Below, piece by piece: positions 11,201-27,474 of a DNA stretch of 64,000 nucleotides. Made by a program: the position numbers and the translations under genes. The stretch comes from the human T2T-CHM13v2.0 reference genome, Homo sapiens, in NCBI RefSeq assembly GCF_009914755.1, contig NC_060947.1; one strand, given 5' to 3'. The number at the start of each line of letters is the position of its first letter. Position 1 is the first letter of the stretch. The notes beneath the pieces were generated by a model. It worked only from the letters and a program-made list of their open reading frames with translations. It did not search any database and was not told where the DNA came from.

Positions 11201-13622
11201 TCACAATGCTTGGCACTTCAGAATGCTCAATAAATGTTCTTTTCCTGCTTTTCTCTTTCCTGCTGATGCCATATGCATATTTCTTAGACTCCTTGCCAAG
11301 ATCCTGACTTCTCGCTGCCAAAGTTTGGGGCACCAGCAGTGCAAGCAAGGCACAGAGAGAGGGTTTCAGGAGAAAATTTAACAATTTAGTCATTCTCACT
11401 ATTTAACTACAATCTGATTGTACCAGCTGAAAAGACACATAACGACCATCTTCCCCCTCAAGTGTTCTGAGAAACCTAGCTGTCATACAGGGAAATCTTG
11501 CTTGATTTCTCACCCCCTCACATCCCCAGTCCAGATTGGAATCCCAGATCACAGTACCAAATAATGAACATTTGATCATCAAAATGTAACTTTATGTTCA
11601 TGTTCATAACCTGCAAGTCGACAATTTCCTCACATGTCAATTGTTTCTTAGATTTTTCTTCAACTGTAAGAAGGAGCAACACACGTTACTCCCTGATGCC
11701 TTTATATGTACTAATTTAACATTAAAAGAGCTGTTAATATTGTATAAACTGTTATACCATCTGTGTTATAATTCTGTTTCATCAGGTTTTATGGAATGCC
11801 CACCCCCCATTTCCTTCATTCCACCAGGCGTGTCATCAAAGGAGAATAAATTAAGTATTGTGCCAGAAAATGTGGTCTACTTTCTAAAAGGCATCTATCT
11901 CTAGCTTTCAGAAATGCCTTTCGGAATGAGCAATGTGGAAACAGTGTCCCCATTGTTGTTTAGGAATGTCATGAATTGGATCCCCACCCCAGCCTTTTAC
12001 AGGGAAAAAGAATAAAAATCGTTCATCTGAGTTTACAATTATCATATTTGATAGCATATGCTAATATGCTAATGAGGTGAGGTATTATCATATCTTTGTT
12101 GAGGTCATTATGAATAATTGAGCTTTGTCCATCCACCCAACCAGATTGTAAATTCTGTGATGGTGTAGAGAACCTCAACTTTGTAGTTTTATGAGACCCC
12201 TTTCAGAGTGTGTTGACACATCCATTGTTGGCCTAGTGACTAGGTTGAATATTTGCATTGAGGGATATCAGAAATGCCAGCTCCCTTCCACTTTGTAAAT
12301 TCTTTTTCAACCCTGAGTGTTTACTACCGCCCAGGAACCATATGTAAAGTACCAGATAACATTAGCAATTCTTTAACTGTCTCTAAAAATATGTAACTGA
12401 GAGATCAAGCAATGTTCCCCTAGTAAATAAAGATAACTCCGGGGAGTTTCTTTGTAAAGACCTAGACAGCTCATACAGAAGTTCCTTTTGGTGATTTGGA
12501 GTAGAAAGGGGTAGGGGAAGATTAAGGGAAGCCAGTTCAATGTGTTAGTTAGAGAGAGGTTTTTGCATCTCAAAGAGGGGGAGGGGTTGAGAATCTAAGA
12601 AGACTGAGGCTGGGAATTTGGGCCTTTCCCTTCCCACTGACTGTTCTAACCTCCCTCTCCCAAAACTATGCAGTAGTGTCGAAAAGGACCTGGAGTGAGA
12701 AGCTGGAGATCTCAGCTTGAGTCTGTGCTGTGTCACTAACTAGCTGAATGACTTTTTAGCAAATCACTTACTAGATTACCTCTGAGGTCTCTTCCCACTC
12801 CATAAATCTTTGCTTTTTATCTCAGTACCCCTCCTCTTTGTTCCTCTTTTGCCCAACCCCACCCCCGTGCTTCTCAGGTCTTCCTTTTAACTGGCAATAA
12901 TAGTAGTAATGAATTAGTTACCTCTGGAGAGATAACTGAGATGGTGTGCAGATAATTAATGGAGACTAGACTGTGGCTCTTTATCTGTATCATGAACTTT
13001 TTCCTTTATTTCCCTGTGTTTTCTTTATTAAGTTATAAATTCTCACAAATTTAAGGTGCTTATTTAAGTATTCAATAATCTGCCAAAAAGGTGTCTCTTT
13101 TGTGGGTGTACATGTTAACACAAAACATTTGGTCACAGGAGTGCAGTCAATCAAGAATTAATGTGAAATTATTCCACATAGACCTACTATATAGAAAAAT
13201 GAGCCATAAAAGTGCCATGAGAGTCTGCAGCTCCAGTTGCATTTTACTTCATCTTCTATGCTATCAGTAAGGGTTTGGGTTTGCCTTCATGTAAGTGAAC
13301 AGAAGGATTCTGGGAACCTCTTTGACTATGATTGTGTGCAAAGTAGATTAGTAAATTACCTCATGACATGGACACGTGACAGAGATTTGGGCAAATCAAT
13401 GGTCTCTAGTTCTCTCTCCTCTCATTCTTTAAGGGCCACTTCAAGTCCTACCTCCCATGGGAAGCCTTCCTTAGGTCCAGCACATGGAGATTTCTGCCTT
13501 CCCTGAACTACCATAGCACTTGAGTTCCATGCTGCTTCAATTGCATATTTAGGTATTTAGAAAGAGAATAATAAACTGTGGCCTCTGTTTCAGTGCTTGG
13601 CTGGTATTACTATTATTATTAC

Positions 13623-13883
<261 letters not shown>

Positions 13884-14419
13884 TTATTGACAGTTTCCAA
13901 AGCACATCAGCATGCACATTATTTTGCTTGACATTCACCTGAAATCTGTGAGGTAGATGGTTGAGGTTATCCCTATTTTACACTGGCAGAAAATGAGGCC
14001 TACAGAGGTTGAGTGAACAACTCAGGTCTCCACCTACCTTGTTCAATCTGTCACTTCTCAGCAATCCCGAACACCACAATTCAATATAAACCCTGCCCCT
14101 TCAATTATGTCATATTCAAGAAGCCTGCTCCTCACTTCCACTGGGCCTCTAAAAATGAGTTTAGCTGCTATCTCTACTTCATCTGTTCCTTAAACAGGGC
14201 CCTACTAGTACCTGAAATCCTAAATCTTTAGCGATTCCATCATTTTATCATTCATCAGCAGAATAACCTGGGTAGTTGTTTTTTGTTTTTTAACCTAAAC
14301 TCAGAGGAGATTTAACAATCCAAACCTACCTCATCCGGCAAAATGCTCCAGGCAAAAATGGGATTAATAATCTGTAACATTGATTGAGTGTTTACTATGT
14401 GCCAGGCACTGCTGTAAAT

Positions 14420-14455
<36 letters not shown>

Positions 14456-14630
14456 CACATATATATACACATATATATATACACATATATATACACATAT
14501 ATATACACATATATATACACATATATATACACATATATATACACATATATATACACACATATATATACACACATATATATACACATATATATACACACAT
14601 ATATATACACATATATATATATATACACAT
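14420..14630. repeat. Compound (CT)n-(TA)n microsatellite plus (TATATATACACA)n 12-mer minisatellite
   Basis: Tandem units are directly visible. Confidence 0.97.
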
Positions 14631-14881
14631 GAGATGTCTCATATATCTCACAGGACATATGAGAGATATATGAGATATATCTCACATGATGATCCTACTA
14701 AATAGGTAATTATTAATCTTACCCTTCTGTTCTAGATGGTGAACAGAGGCTGTGAAAGGTTAGGTCATTTGAATGATATTGCATGGCAGGCACATGATGG
14801 AGCCTGTGCTTGAAGCCAGGTCAGCCTGTCACTCAGCACTGTTTCAGGAATCTTTATTCTCATCACAAAGGAGAACAGTAA

Positions 14882-15750
<869 letters not shown>

Positions 15751-16563
15751 TTTTTGCTATCTTCTGGCACCAACCACTTCTATTAATAGTACCTCCCTCT
15801 TATTAATCATCCACACTATGGCTATTAGCTGTTAATATTGATTTGCCAGTGTTTCCAGATCATTGAGCCATCCCTATTAGTAAGGGGTTCACTCCATATT
15901 CATCTCATGATATCAGCTAACATTGAATGTGTTTGTGCCAGGCACGCTTCTGAGTGTTTTCGCTTTATATAAAGTCATAAAATCCTCACAACAGCCCTAA
16001 AAGCTAAGCTTTTTACCATTTCCTCATTTTACAATTGAGGAAACTAAAGTTATTTAACTGACCAAAGCCACACAAGGATCAAGTGGAGGAGCCATGATTC
16101 CAACCTCTGTAGCTTAATCACCCTTACATCCCACCCCAACCCCCTGCCATGCTCTAGAACCAAGGCTGCAGAGAACTGGCTAGGTAGCATTTCACTTGAG
16201 GCAGTGAATAGATACAGCTTGGACTCAGCTCCTCTTAGGCCCTCCAAATCTGTGAGAAATTTGGCCACCACTGCTTTCCTTTTCTGTGGTTGGTTGCCCA
16301 TAGCAACTAGTACATAGCACATATATAGGGTTTGTGTATATCTGTGTGGGTTTGTGCCTACACAAACACACACACACATACACACATGGACGAAAAACAT
16401 CAAACTACTACAGAGAGTGTTCATAAAAATCATAGAATTGTAGAGCTGGAAGGGCTCTTAAAGACCATCTCATCAAAACAGTGCAGCGCAGCACATTCAA
16501 GAGACTTGCGCAAGGTTACACAGCTGAACTAGAACCGAGATCATCCTAAATTAAGTAATTTAG

Positions 16564-16773
<210 letters not shown>

Positions 16774-19384
16774 TGAAGTGTGGGAGATGGAACAATGTAG
16801 CGTCTGTTCTCACTGATATATACTTTATCAAATGTTTCTCTTCCCTACCAGAATACCACCTTTAGGGTGTCAGCATTTGCAAAAACTGTTGATGTTTTTT
16901 AGAAATTTAAAACTGGAGAACTCGGAGTTAAAGTGAATTCCTCCAGCCTTACCTCGTTCATGCCTATGGTTAAGCATTTACATTGCTTCTCAAATGCTTC
17001 AAAAGGCCAAGGACATATTAAGTTATTTGAGGGTTAAGATATGATCATACAATTGAACTGCCCTGCTGCCCTAATTCTGAGCCCTTATGTGTAAATAACA
17101 AAATTGAAATTGTATAATTATCAGTATGAAGAGGTTGGGCTTAGCTTAGCCCTTTCATTTAATAGATTTAGTTTTTTTAATGATATTCAAACGCCCTACT
17201 GGAAAAAGTATTGTTATCAGCTTGACCTTTAGGATTAGTGCTGGTCACCATTTCAGCCAAAAGTACAGCAGTAACATCTCACAGAGATTCTTTCTTTCAG
17301 CAGCAAACTAGCCATCACTCTTTCCTCGGATCCTTCTATTTCAAAGTGAAGAGCTTGACTACAGTTGAAATGTTGAAATGTTTCCCACTTAAGCACAAAA
17401 CACACTTGATTTCTTGAAAAAAAAAACCACAGCTTTTATATATTATGTTTCAAAGTGGAGATGGCTGTGAAACTTGAACTCTGACATACAACCTCAACCT
17501 GACTTTCTAAAAGTGCCCAGAAAACTGGTCTTCTAATAAGCATGACGAGAGTCTGCTTTTTAATGATTTTTTTGCTAGCCTACATAATTTATTCTAAATC
17601 ATTAAAAAATAAAAATAGTTTACATTAAATAAATCCCCAACTATGAAAGAAGATGGTCTCACAGACGTTGGATAAAGGACTGAAAGGCAGCAGAGCCAGT
17701 CCCAGCGCAGAAAAGTGACTCAGTAGTGACAGCTTAATTCTCAGGAGCCGTTAACAGAACTTTCAGAAGAAAAATTATGTATTCTTGAATTATTTATAAA
17801 AGTCATGAGAAAAACACTTTAGGGACCATGGGGAATCAGTTTTGTTCTTTCTTTTCACATTTGCTGAGCCTAAGTCAGTGAACAAAATGCTAAGTAAAAA
17901 AAAACAAATGAATTAACATTTAGGTGGTTGAGCAAGACTCTTGTTTTTTGTTTATTGCTCTTTGAATTTTTTTTTACTAGCCCATTGTAAAACCCCTGGG
18001 GCACACCTTCAGAATATACGAATGTCAGTAATAACTAGTACAACCTGCTATGGAAAATACTCTGTTTGCAAAACCACAGGTTAGTTCCTGGAAGTCAGCG
18101 CGGTCAGAGAAAGGATGTGGTATAGCAGAAAGTTTAAATAGCTCCTGCAACAAAGGGAAGAGAGATCTGTTGACTTCTGCCTCCTAGAGGGTTGAAATTG
18201 GAAAGAACAATACTTGAATAGTTCGTACAGAAAGCATTGAAGATGAAAAATTCATCACATTTTGAAAAGCTTCACTAATCACTTTTGGGAAATCAGGTGA
18301 GAAAGGAACGAATATATTAGGATAATGATAAGATGAAAATAAGTGTTAACTTCAGATTCGGCAAATCAGCCTGGTTTGTTTTGGTTGCTATATGGAGGAC
18401 GTTGACATCATTTTTTAAATTAGCCCCCAAATCCCACTTCTTATTGTTGTGGATTGAAAGAGTTGTCGTAATTCACCTGGTTCTAAAATTCTGTGCAGTT
18501 GTAGAGCTCCGTAGCCAAATAAGTTCCATAAAATAAACTCATCTCAGGCGCAGGAAAAGCAGCTCTTTTGAAAATACCTTGTGATCAGGCTCTAGGTCAC
18601 GACCTGGGTCTTGAGAAACTTGAGTTAGTAGATGTTAGTTTTTCTTAGCTCCTTGTTTACTCTGGACTTAGACATTTTGTATTATTAAAAACCTGTGGCT
18701 TATAAGGACATTCTATTTATCTTTCCAGGCTTTTTTGATGGAAATGCGTGGATTTTCTTGGAAACAGGGATTTTATTGTGGATTCCTGGTGCCCCCTTGG
18801 AGAGGCTTATTTTTCTGGACAATAGTTTTCCTTAGTGTCACTACTCTTTTCATCTCCAAATAGTCACAAGCTCCCAAGGTCGAGAAAAGTGCATCCTTTT
18901 GTTCTAATGAATCTGAAATTCCATTTTAAAAAGTCTGCAAAACAGACCCTTGATTAATAACTGAAGGCATATCTCCACTGCATGAAGCATCCAGAGGGGT
19001 AGCCTTCAAGACACTTGGAGAAAAAGAAAATCCAACTTAGTCAAACTCAAATAATTTAACAGCATTATTACTACATTTATTATTGCCACTTAAAAGTTTA
19101 AGCTTTATCTGTGCTTTAAAGTGTGTTGTACAACATAGGCATGCATGCTTGCCTTTGTTAAAAGAATAGAACCCAGTAAACTTGGCAAAAAGAAGTCAAT
19201 TACCATTGCCTCTATGTGGAATTCTCTGGGTGTGAAAAGTCCTGTTGCTCCAGACTACATCTTGTCTTTGTTGTAACATGAACATTAAAATGCTTTGTGA
19301 GTTTATGCAGTACTTGTGTATGTTATTTTAATCAATAACTCAATCTTTCAGGGAAAAATTAATAGCCACTTTTAGTTAAATGCT

Positions 19385-19580
19385 ACACCTCTAGCCACTA
19401 GTCGAATATGGCTATTTTAAAGTTGAGTTAATGACAAATAACATGAAAAATCCAGTTTCTCAGTTTTATTAGCCACATTTCAAATGCTCAATAGCCTCAT
19501 GTAGCTAGTGGCTTCTACATTGAACAGTGAAGATACACAATGTTTCTATCTTTGCAGAAAGTTCTATTGGACAACACTGC
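19385..19580. mobile_element. MER3-like hAT-Charlie element
   Basis: tagccacatttcaaatgctcaatagc ... gcagaaagttctattggacaacactg. Confidence 0.7.
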
Positions 19581-20072
19581 TTCAAAGGATACCTATTCTT
19601 GGAAATGAATCTTATCCGGCGCAGAAAACGCTGATTGTTGCTATAGCTTGCTGTCCAAAGAATCCCAGCTTTCTAAGATGATTGATGTCTCTTCCCCAGT
19701 CACAATGTGGAGAAATTAACTGAGGCTGTGGATTTGGTATAATTATTAAGAATTCTGAAAATTTCCTTCAAGAGTTGTTTGTTACTCTAAATTGTAATAA
19801 TAATAATAATAATAATAACAATAACAATAATAAAACCTCTGTGTCTCAATGCCATTTAGCTTTGATTAAGCAAGGAAGAAATGTGGTTTCCTCCATTTTT
19901 TTTTTCCTAAGCAGGCTATGTAGAATGCTATAGAAACTGCATTTGGTTGGCATTCATTAAATGCACATAAAATTATCACTGAAAATTGTTAAGAAAAGAT
20001 ACAGTAACATGTTGTAGTGACTGCTATTCAAACATCCATAAATAATACTATTTTAAAATTTTATTCTTTAAT

Positions 20073-20462
<390 letters not shown>

Positions 20463-21169
20463 TAATTATGCTAATTAGGTTAGTTTTCTGTTTCCCGGCT
20501 TGTGGTCCCTCCAATTTCTCGGGGGTCCTTTACCTACTCCATACCTAAATGGCTTTTTCAGGATTCCCTGACTATGTCCTGCACTTTTTTTTAATCTCCA
20601 GCCTTTGTGTGTGCCCTTCCTGACATCTGGAATGTTATCCCCATCTGATAAGCATTTCTGGGACTTAGCCATCCTTCAAGGCCCATTTGAAATACCACCT
20701 CCTTATCCCTGCAGCTGAAGTGACCTCTCCCCTCTCTAAACTATAACTGCATTATGATTAAGTGTCTCACCTCCCTTACTAGACTGAAAGCTCACTGGTG
20801 CGAAGACCTTGGTCTTAGTCTATCATGGGATCCCTCCACATGCTTGGCACAGAGCGAATGCTTAAGACATGGGTGTTGAAATGAGGAAATTCTACCAATT
20901 TTCTAAATATGTATACACACAAGATTTCTTTCAGCTGCATCTGCTCTGACAAACCAAAGGTGGTAGCATTGCACACACGCTTTGATATTAAGTTGTAACA
21001 AATATGTTACCCTTGCCAATTCATTTTGGCTCATATAGATAATTTGCAGTGTTACAACAGTTATAAACAAGTTGACCTACAACATTGACTCATGTGAGCT
21101 AATTTACAAAGAAACTGGGCTGCAGCAACACGAAATCTAGTTCTAGTCAAATCTAAATTGTGTTAGCAC

Positions 21170-22400
21170 TTGACAAGATAACATTTTTCATGTATCAGAT
21201 TGGCAGAGACTAAAAAGAGCTTGATAAAACAATGTCGGTATGGGGAAACAGAAACTCTCATTTAATTTCAGGTGGGAATGTAAGTTGGTACAATTTCTGT
21301 GCAGGACAATTTGGTAATTTGTTAATACCTATCAAAATAAAAAATAGAATAAGCAATTTTACTTGGAGGTATTTATCCTACAATCACATTCATACCTATA
21401 TACAAGAATGCCTATGGTCTCTCGAGAAAAGTACACAACACCATCTAGGAAGTATTCTTACCAAAGCATGAAGCCTGAATCTGATAAAGTCCCCTGATCA
21501 AACCACTTAGTTTGCAGGAAATAGAGGGAAGAGAGGAGAACATGTTAAACAACACCACGCAATGCAGTCAGCAAAACCCAGAATGTAGAAAACTGAAGGA
21601 CAAACCACACAGATTTGTCAACAAATATATTGCAAGGAAAAAAAGAAAGGGATTTATAAACTGAAGAGGCATATTAGTCAAATGCAATGTGTGGACCTTG
21701 TTTGCATTCTGATTTTAATATACCAGCTCTAAACAATAGTTCATATGGCAAATCTGAACACAGGATGTTATTGATATCAATAAATTATTTTTAACTTTTT
21801 GAGTAATGGTAATGGTACTTTTTTTAAAAAAAGTGTTCTTATAATATATAATTAAATATCTATGGAAGAAGTTTGCCTCGAAATAATCTATTAGGGCGAG
21901 TGGAGGGTTATAAATGAAACAACTTTGCCCGTGAGTTAGGTGGTTATTGTTAAAGTTGTGCTATTTGCTTTACCACTGCATATCTTTTGCATTTTCCCTT
22001 TTAAAGGGGAAAGGGGAGATGTCAATATTTCTTGTAATAGAATAGAAATCTAAAAACAGCCTATTTATCTATAATAAGAATTGGCTAAATCAATTAATGT
22101 AGACCCACACAATGGAATATTATGATATTATTAAGAAGAGGTGTGTGCTATGTGAGTGTATCTCCTGATATGGAACAGCTTCCAAGATAGAGCAAGCAAA
22201 AAATAATGTAAAACAGTATGAATAATATGCTTCCATTTATGTAAAAAAGGGAGATAAATATACACATGTATACATGGATTTGTATAGGTTATTTCTAAAA
22301 ATGTTTTAAAGAAATTGCTAAGAGTGGTTGCCCCTGGAGAAGGGGCTGGGTGTTATAGAAGAATGGGGTAAGAAAGAGACATTAATTACTTTTCTAATAA
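21170..22400 (+). mobile_element. Old L1M (L1ME-like) 3' fragments
   Basis: Degenerate L1 3' motifs (ggtgggaatgtaagttggtacaa; cacacaatggaatattat). Confidence 0.55.
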
Positions 22401-24359
22401 AAAAAATGTTTCATTTAATTAACACTTTAAAATATAGCCCATACCCATAGTTAATAACTGAGGTTCTTGAGTTGACTCATGCTCATTGCCAAATAGATGC
22501 TATAAAAATTTCTGCCGACTAGTAAAAGTTTGGAGGTCAAAACACATTTTGAAATTATCTGCAAATTGGCAAGCATTAATGCTCTCCTTTGTGTCAAAGG
22601 AAAGACATGCACTTCTCACTCACAAATGAGAGAAACATTTCCATTTGGAGATTCCCCAGAGGGACTTATGTTTATAACTAAACACATGTTTTCAAGGGAT
22701 ACTAAGCTGCAGAGGAAATTCTACCCTCTGGAGCAGTGGCAGAGATAATCTGAAACAGCAGATAATCCAAACCTCATAATATTTTGTTTTTAAACGCACA
22801 ATATTATTTTTAGAAGCAGTCTATTTATGTTCTTAATTATGTTTTTCTGAGGATAATAGACATATTAAAGTGAATTTGTAGTCTCTGAGCACCCACCAAC
22901 AGAAGGTGGTAGAACACATGGGCCAGAAATATGCTTTGTGGTAGAGGAGATACTGATAACCTATAACTAGGTCAGGAGGTGGTGACTGTAGATTTTTATT
23001 TCACTTCCCACTGCTGTTTAGACGTTCTGCCTTTGCCTTCATATGACCTCCCCTCCAAAATCTTTCTGAGAGCATTCCATCTAATTTTCCTTCCAAGCCA
23101 AAGTTTAAAATAACAATACTGATCTGTAAGAAGAAAAGAAATCATTAGCATCCTATCTATTTATAAAGTAAAAAGATTAGTGTATTTTTCAATTAATATG
23201 TTCCACATGGACAACTCCATTATTCTTGCCTAGTGAATGGTGAGTGTCCTGTACGCCAATTCCTTCAGATATACAGTTGAACAAGTAGGGCAGAAGCCTC
23301 AGGTAGACAGTGTGGAAAGCTGTAGACCACTGGTAAGGAGGCATTGCCTTTTTAAAAATGTGGTGTTGTTGCTGCTGTTCTTTGTGTGTGTTGTGAAAAG
23401 TAACAGAATGAAATTTCCCTTGTCCTGACCACTGCCTCTCTAAAGTTATGCTGGGTAATTCTAGACTTGTTACCTTGTTTCCTCCTCACAAAAGACTCAG
23501 TGAAAGGGGTGAGGGTGGGGAACAGCTGCATGGGGCAGAGCAAGAAATGGTGACGACCCCCCGATTTCTAGCTTGGCCGACGTGGTAGATGTGATGCCTT
23601 TAACAGAGAGGGGGAACACAGCAAGAGCTGTAGATTTAGGCGAAAGTTAGGAAGAGTTAGCGAGTTTAATTTTCCACAGGATAATTGGTGGGTCAGTAGG
23701 TCTTGACAGGTCACGTGGTGCATGATGGGTCATAACCTTTTAGCCAGTGAAAGAAACAAGCCATCCTTTCTATCCCTCTGAAAATCTTAATTCCCACCAT
23801 ATGTTTTACTGCCCATGGCACATTACAGATCATTGGTCTATTTCTTAAATGACAGAAAACCGTACTTCTATTGTTCTTGTCTTTATACATTTAGCACATA
23901 TATCAGCAATAGAAGGTTTTATTTTTTAAAGTGCAAGTAACATGGAAGCATATTATATTTTTTCTAATGGCTGGATTCCCTTAAAGCGGCACATATTTCT
24001 ATGAATTTCCGGCTCACTTGAGGAAAGTGCTTCTTTAAAGAAATACAAATATCCAGAAAAGCATTAAAAAAAGTTCATCCTCACTCACAGTTAACATGTA
24101 GGTTCAAACAGTATTATTCACCTTCCCATTTTGGCAAGGTTGTGGGGAAACTGAAGGGCACTTTCCAAACAGTGATACAAGCAGTGCAAATCCCTGGAAT
24201 CTCTTTGGGGCCAGTGTCCATGCACTTAACCACTCTATATCGCCCTGCTATCCTGGCTTTGTGACTTTCTCAAAGTCTTCCCAAAGTCACTTCTCAAATG
24301 TCTTTCTACAAATATATGCCCACAAATACAGTAAACATTGTTTAAGAATGTCCATTGCA

Positions 24360-25419
24360 CTTCATGACTAAAACACCAAAAGCAATGGCAACAAAAGCCA
24401 AAATTGACAAATGGGATCTAAATAAACTAAAGAGCTTCTGCGCGGCAAAAGAAACTACCATCAGAGTGAACAGGCAACCTACAGAATGGGAGAAAATTTT
24501 TGCAATCTACCCATCTGACAAAGGGCTAATATCCAGAATCTACAAAGAACTCAAACAAATTTACAAGAAAAAACAAACAACCCCATCAAAAAGTGGGGAA
24601 AGGATATGAACAGACACTTCTCAAAAGAAGACATCTATGCAGCCAACAGACACATGAAAAAATGCTCATCATCACTGGTCATCAGAGAAACGCAAATCAA
24701 AACCACAGTGAGATACCGTCTCACGCCAGTTAGAATGACAATCATTAAAAAGTCAGGGAGCAATAGATGCTGGAGAGGATGTAGAGAAATAGGAATGCTT
24801 TTACACTGTTGGTGGGTGTGTAAATTGGTTCAACCATTGTGGAAGACAGTGTGACGATTCCTCAAGGATCTAGAACTAGAATTACAATTTGACCCAGCCA
24901 TCCCATTACTGGGTATATACCCAAAGGATTATAAATCATGCTGCTATAAAGACACATGCACACGTATGTTTATTGCGGCACTATTCACAATAGGAAAGAC
25001 TTGGAACCAACCTAAATGTCCAACAATGATAGACTGGATTAAGAAAATGTGGCACATATACACCATGGAATACTGTGCAGCCATAAAAAAGGATGAGTTC
25101 ATGTCCTTTGCAGGGACATGGATGAAGCTGGAAACCATCATTCTCAGCAAACTATCACAAGGACAGAAAACCAAACACCGCATGTTCTCGCTCATAGGTG
25201 GGAACTGAACAATGAGATCACTTGGACACAGGGCGGGGAACATCACACACTGGGGGCCTGTCAGGAGGTGGGGGGCTGGGGGAGGGATAGCATTAGGAGA
25301 AATACCTAATGTAAATGATGAGTTGATGGGTGCAGCAAACCAACATGGCACATGTATACCTATGTATCAAACCTGCACATTGTGCACATGTACCCTAGAA
25401 CTTAAAGTATATATAAAAA
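24360..25419 (+). mobile_element. 5'-truncated L1PA (about PA5-7): ORF2 C-terminus and 3'UTR
   Basis: ORF fragments match L1 ORF2 (KAKIDKWDL..., HMKKCSSSL...); perfect 16-bp TSD aagaatgtccattgca at 24344-24359 and 25420-25435. Confidence 0.96.
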
Positions 25420-25910
25420 AAGAATGTCCATTGCAATATTGAAATAGCAAACAGAGGGAAACAGATTAAATATTTATGAATGAGTGACTAGTTAAATATA
25501 TTAAAGTACATCAGGCATTGGAATATCATGCAGAATAAAGGTGATCTATATGTATTGGGCCCTATGTGTAGTGTGATCCCAATGGAGTCTAAACAAAAAC
25601 AAAAATAAAAAAGTTATTTCTCTCGCTACTTATATATTGTAGAAAATAGGGCGATATTCATGTCAGTGACTTCTAGGGGTAAGATTAGAGTGGGAAAAGG
25701 GTACAGGAAGACCTTCTTCTTTTTCTTTCTCCTTAATTGCTTAACTTAAAAAAAAACCTGTGTATCTAAAACAATAGAAAAAGAGATGCTGAAAAAGTTC
25801 TTTTTAATTTTAATTTTGTAACCTTTAAAACCCCATGCCGCTCTTTTGATACATCTAAAAATGTCATGTCCTCCTTCAGTGCTATTTGAAATTTGAAAAT
25901 AAATATTGTT

Positions 25911-26298
25911 GGCCGGGCGCGGTGGCTCACCCCTGTAATCCCAGCACTTTGGGAGGCCAAGGTGGGTGGATCACAAGGTCAGGAGTTCAAGACCAGCTTG
26001 GCCAACGTGGAGAAACCATATCTCTACTAAAAAAAAAAAAATAGCTGGGCATGGTGGCCGGTGCTTGTAATCCCAGCTGCTACTCGGGAGGCTGAGGCAG
26101 GAGAATTGTTTGAACCCGGGAAGGCGGAGGTTACAGTGAGCCAAGATCAGTCACTGCATTCCAGCCTGGTGACAGAGCAGGACTCTGAAAAAAAGAGAAA
26201 GAAAGGAAGGAAGGAAGGAAGGAAGGAAGGAAAGAAGGGAGAGAAAGAGAGAGAGAAAGAAAGAAAGAAGGAAAGAAAGAGAAAGAAAGAAAGAGAAA
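25911..26298 (+). mobile_element. AluS with GAAA/GGAA microsatellite tail
   Basis: Alu dimer; (GGAA)7 at 26205-26232. Confidence 0.92.
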
Positions 26299-26459
26299 TA
26301 TTGTTACTACAAACAAATAATGGCGCTGTGACAAAACGATGTTTCGTTTTCAAAACACATATGTTTCTTAGAGATTAATACTATCTTATCCTACAATCTC
26401 TTTTAAAAGAATCAGGCTGTCTAAAATGTTCAATATTCTTATTCCTCTTTTGACAATCC

Positions 26460-26773
<314 letters not shown>

Positions 26774-26839
26774 TAAAAACAGCTTTATTGAGGTATAATT
26801 GACATAAAATGAATTGTATGTATTAAAACTGTATCATTT

Positions 26840-27460
26840 GAAAATCAGTATGTCAAAGACATATCTGCATTCTCATGTTCATTATAGCACTATTCACAAT
26901 AGTCAAGGTATGGAATCAACCTAAGTGTCCATCCATGGGTGAATGGATAAAGAAAATGTGGTATACATATTCAATGGAATACTATTCAGCCTCAAAATGA
27001 AGGAAATCCTGTCATTTGTGACAACGTGGATGAACCTAGAGGATATTATGTTACAGAAAATAAGCCAGACACATAAAGGCAAATAGCACATAATCTCATT
27101 TATATATGGAGTCTAAAAAAGTCAAACTCATAGCAGTAGAAAGTAGAATGATGATTACCACAGGCTGTGGAGGGATTGAGAGCTTTTGATCAAAGGATAC
27201 AGAAGTTCAGTTAGAGAGGAGGAATAAATTTAAGACATCTATTGTACAACATGGTGACTATAGTTAATAACAATATAGTATTTCATTCTTGAAAATTGCT
27301 GAAAAAAATAGATTTTAAGCACTCTCACCACAAAAATTGACAAGTATGTGAGGTAATGCATATGTTAATTAGCTTGATTTAACTATCCAACAATGTATAC
27401 ATATTTCAAAACATCATATTGTACACCATAAATATATCTAATTTTATTTGTTAATTTAAA
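26840..27460 (+). mobile_element. L1MA-type 3' fragment
   Basis: L1MA 3'UTR motifs; TSD-like aaaactgtatcattt / aaaagtgtatcattt. Confidence 0.8.
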
Positions 27461-27474
27461 AAGTGTATCATTTC

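Noticed and set aside
14312-14685. YIYIH / VYIC-repeat ORFs
   Set aside because: Translations of the TA/CA minisatellite
24355-25442. L1 ORF2-like peptides as an active gene
   Set aside because: 5'-truncated, frameshifted L1 fragment of about 1 kb
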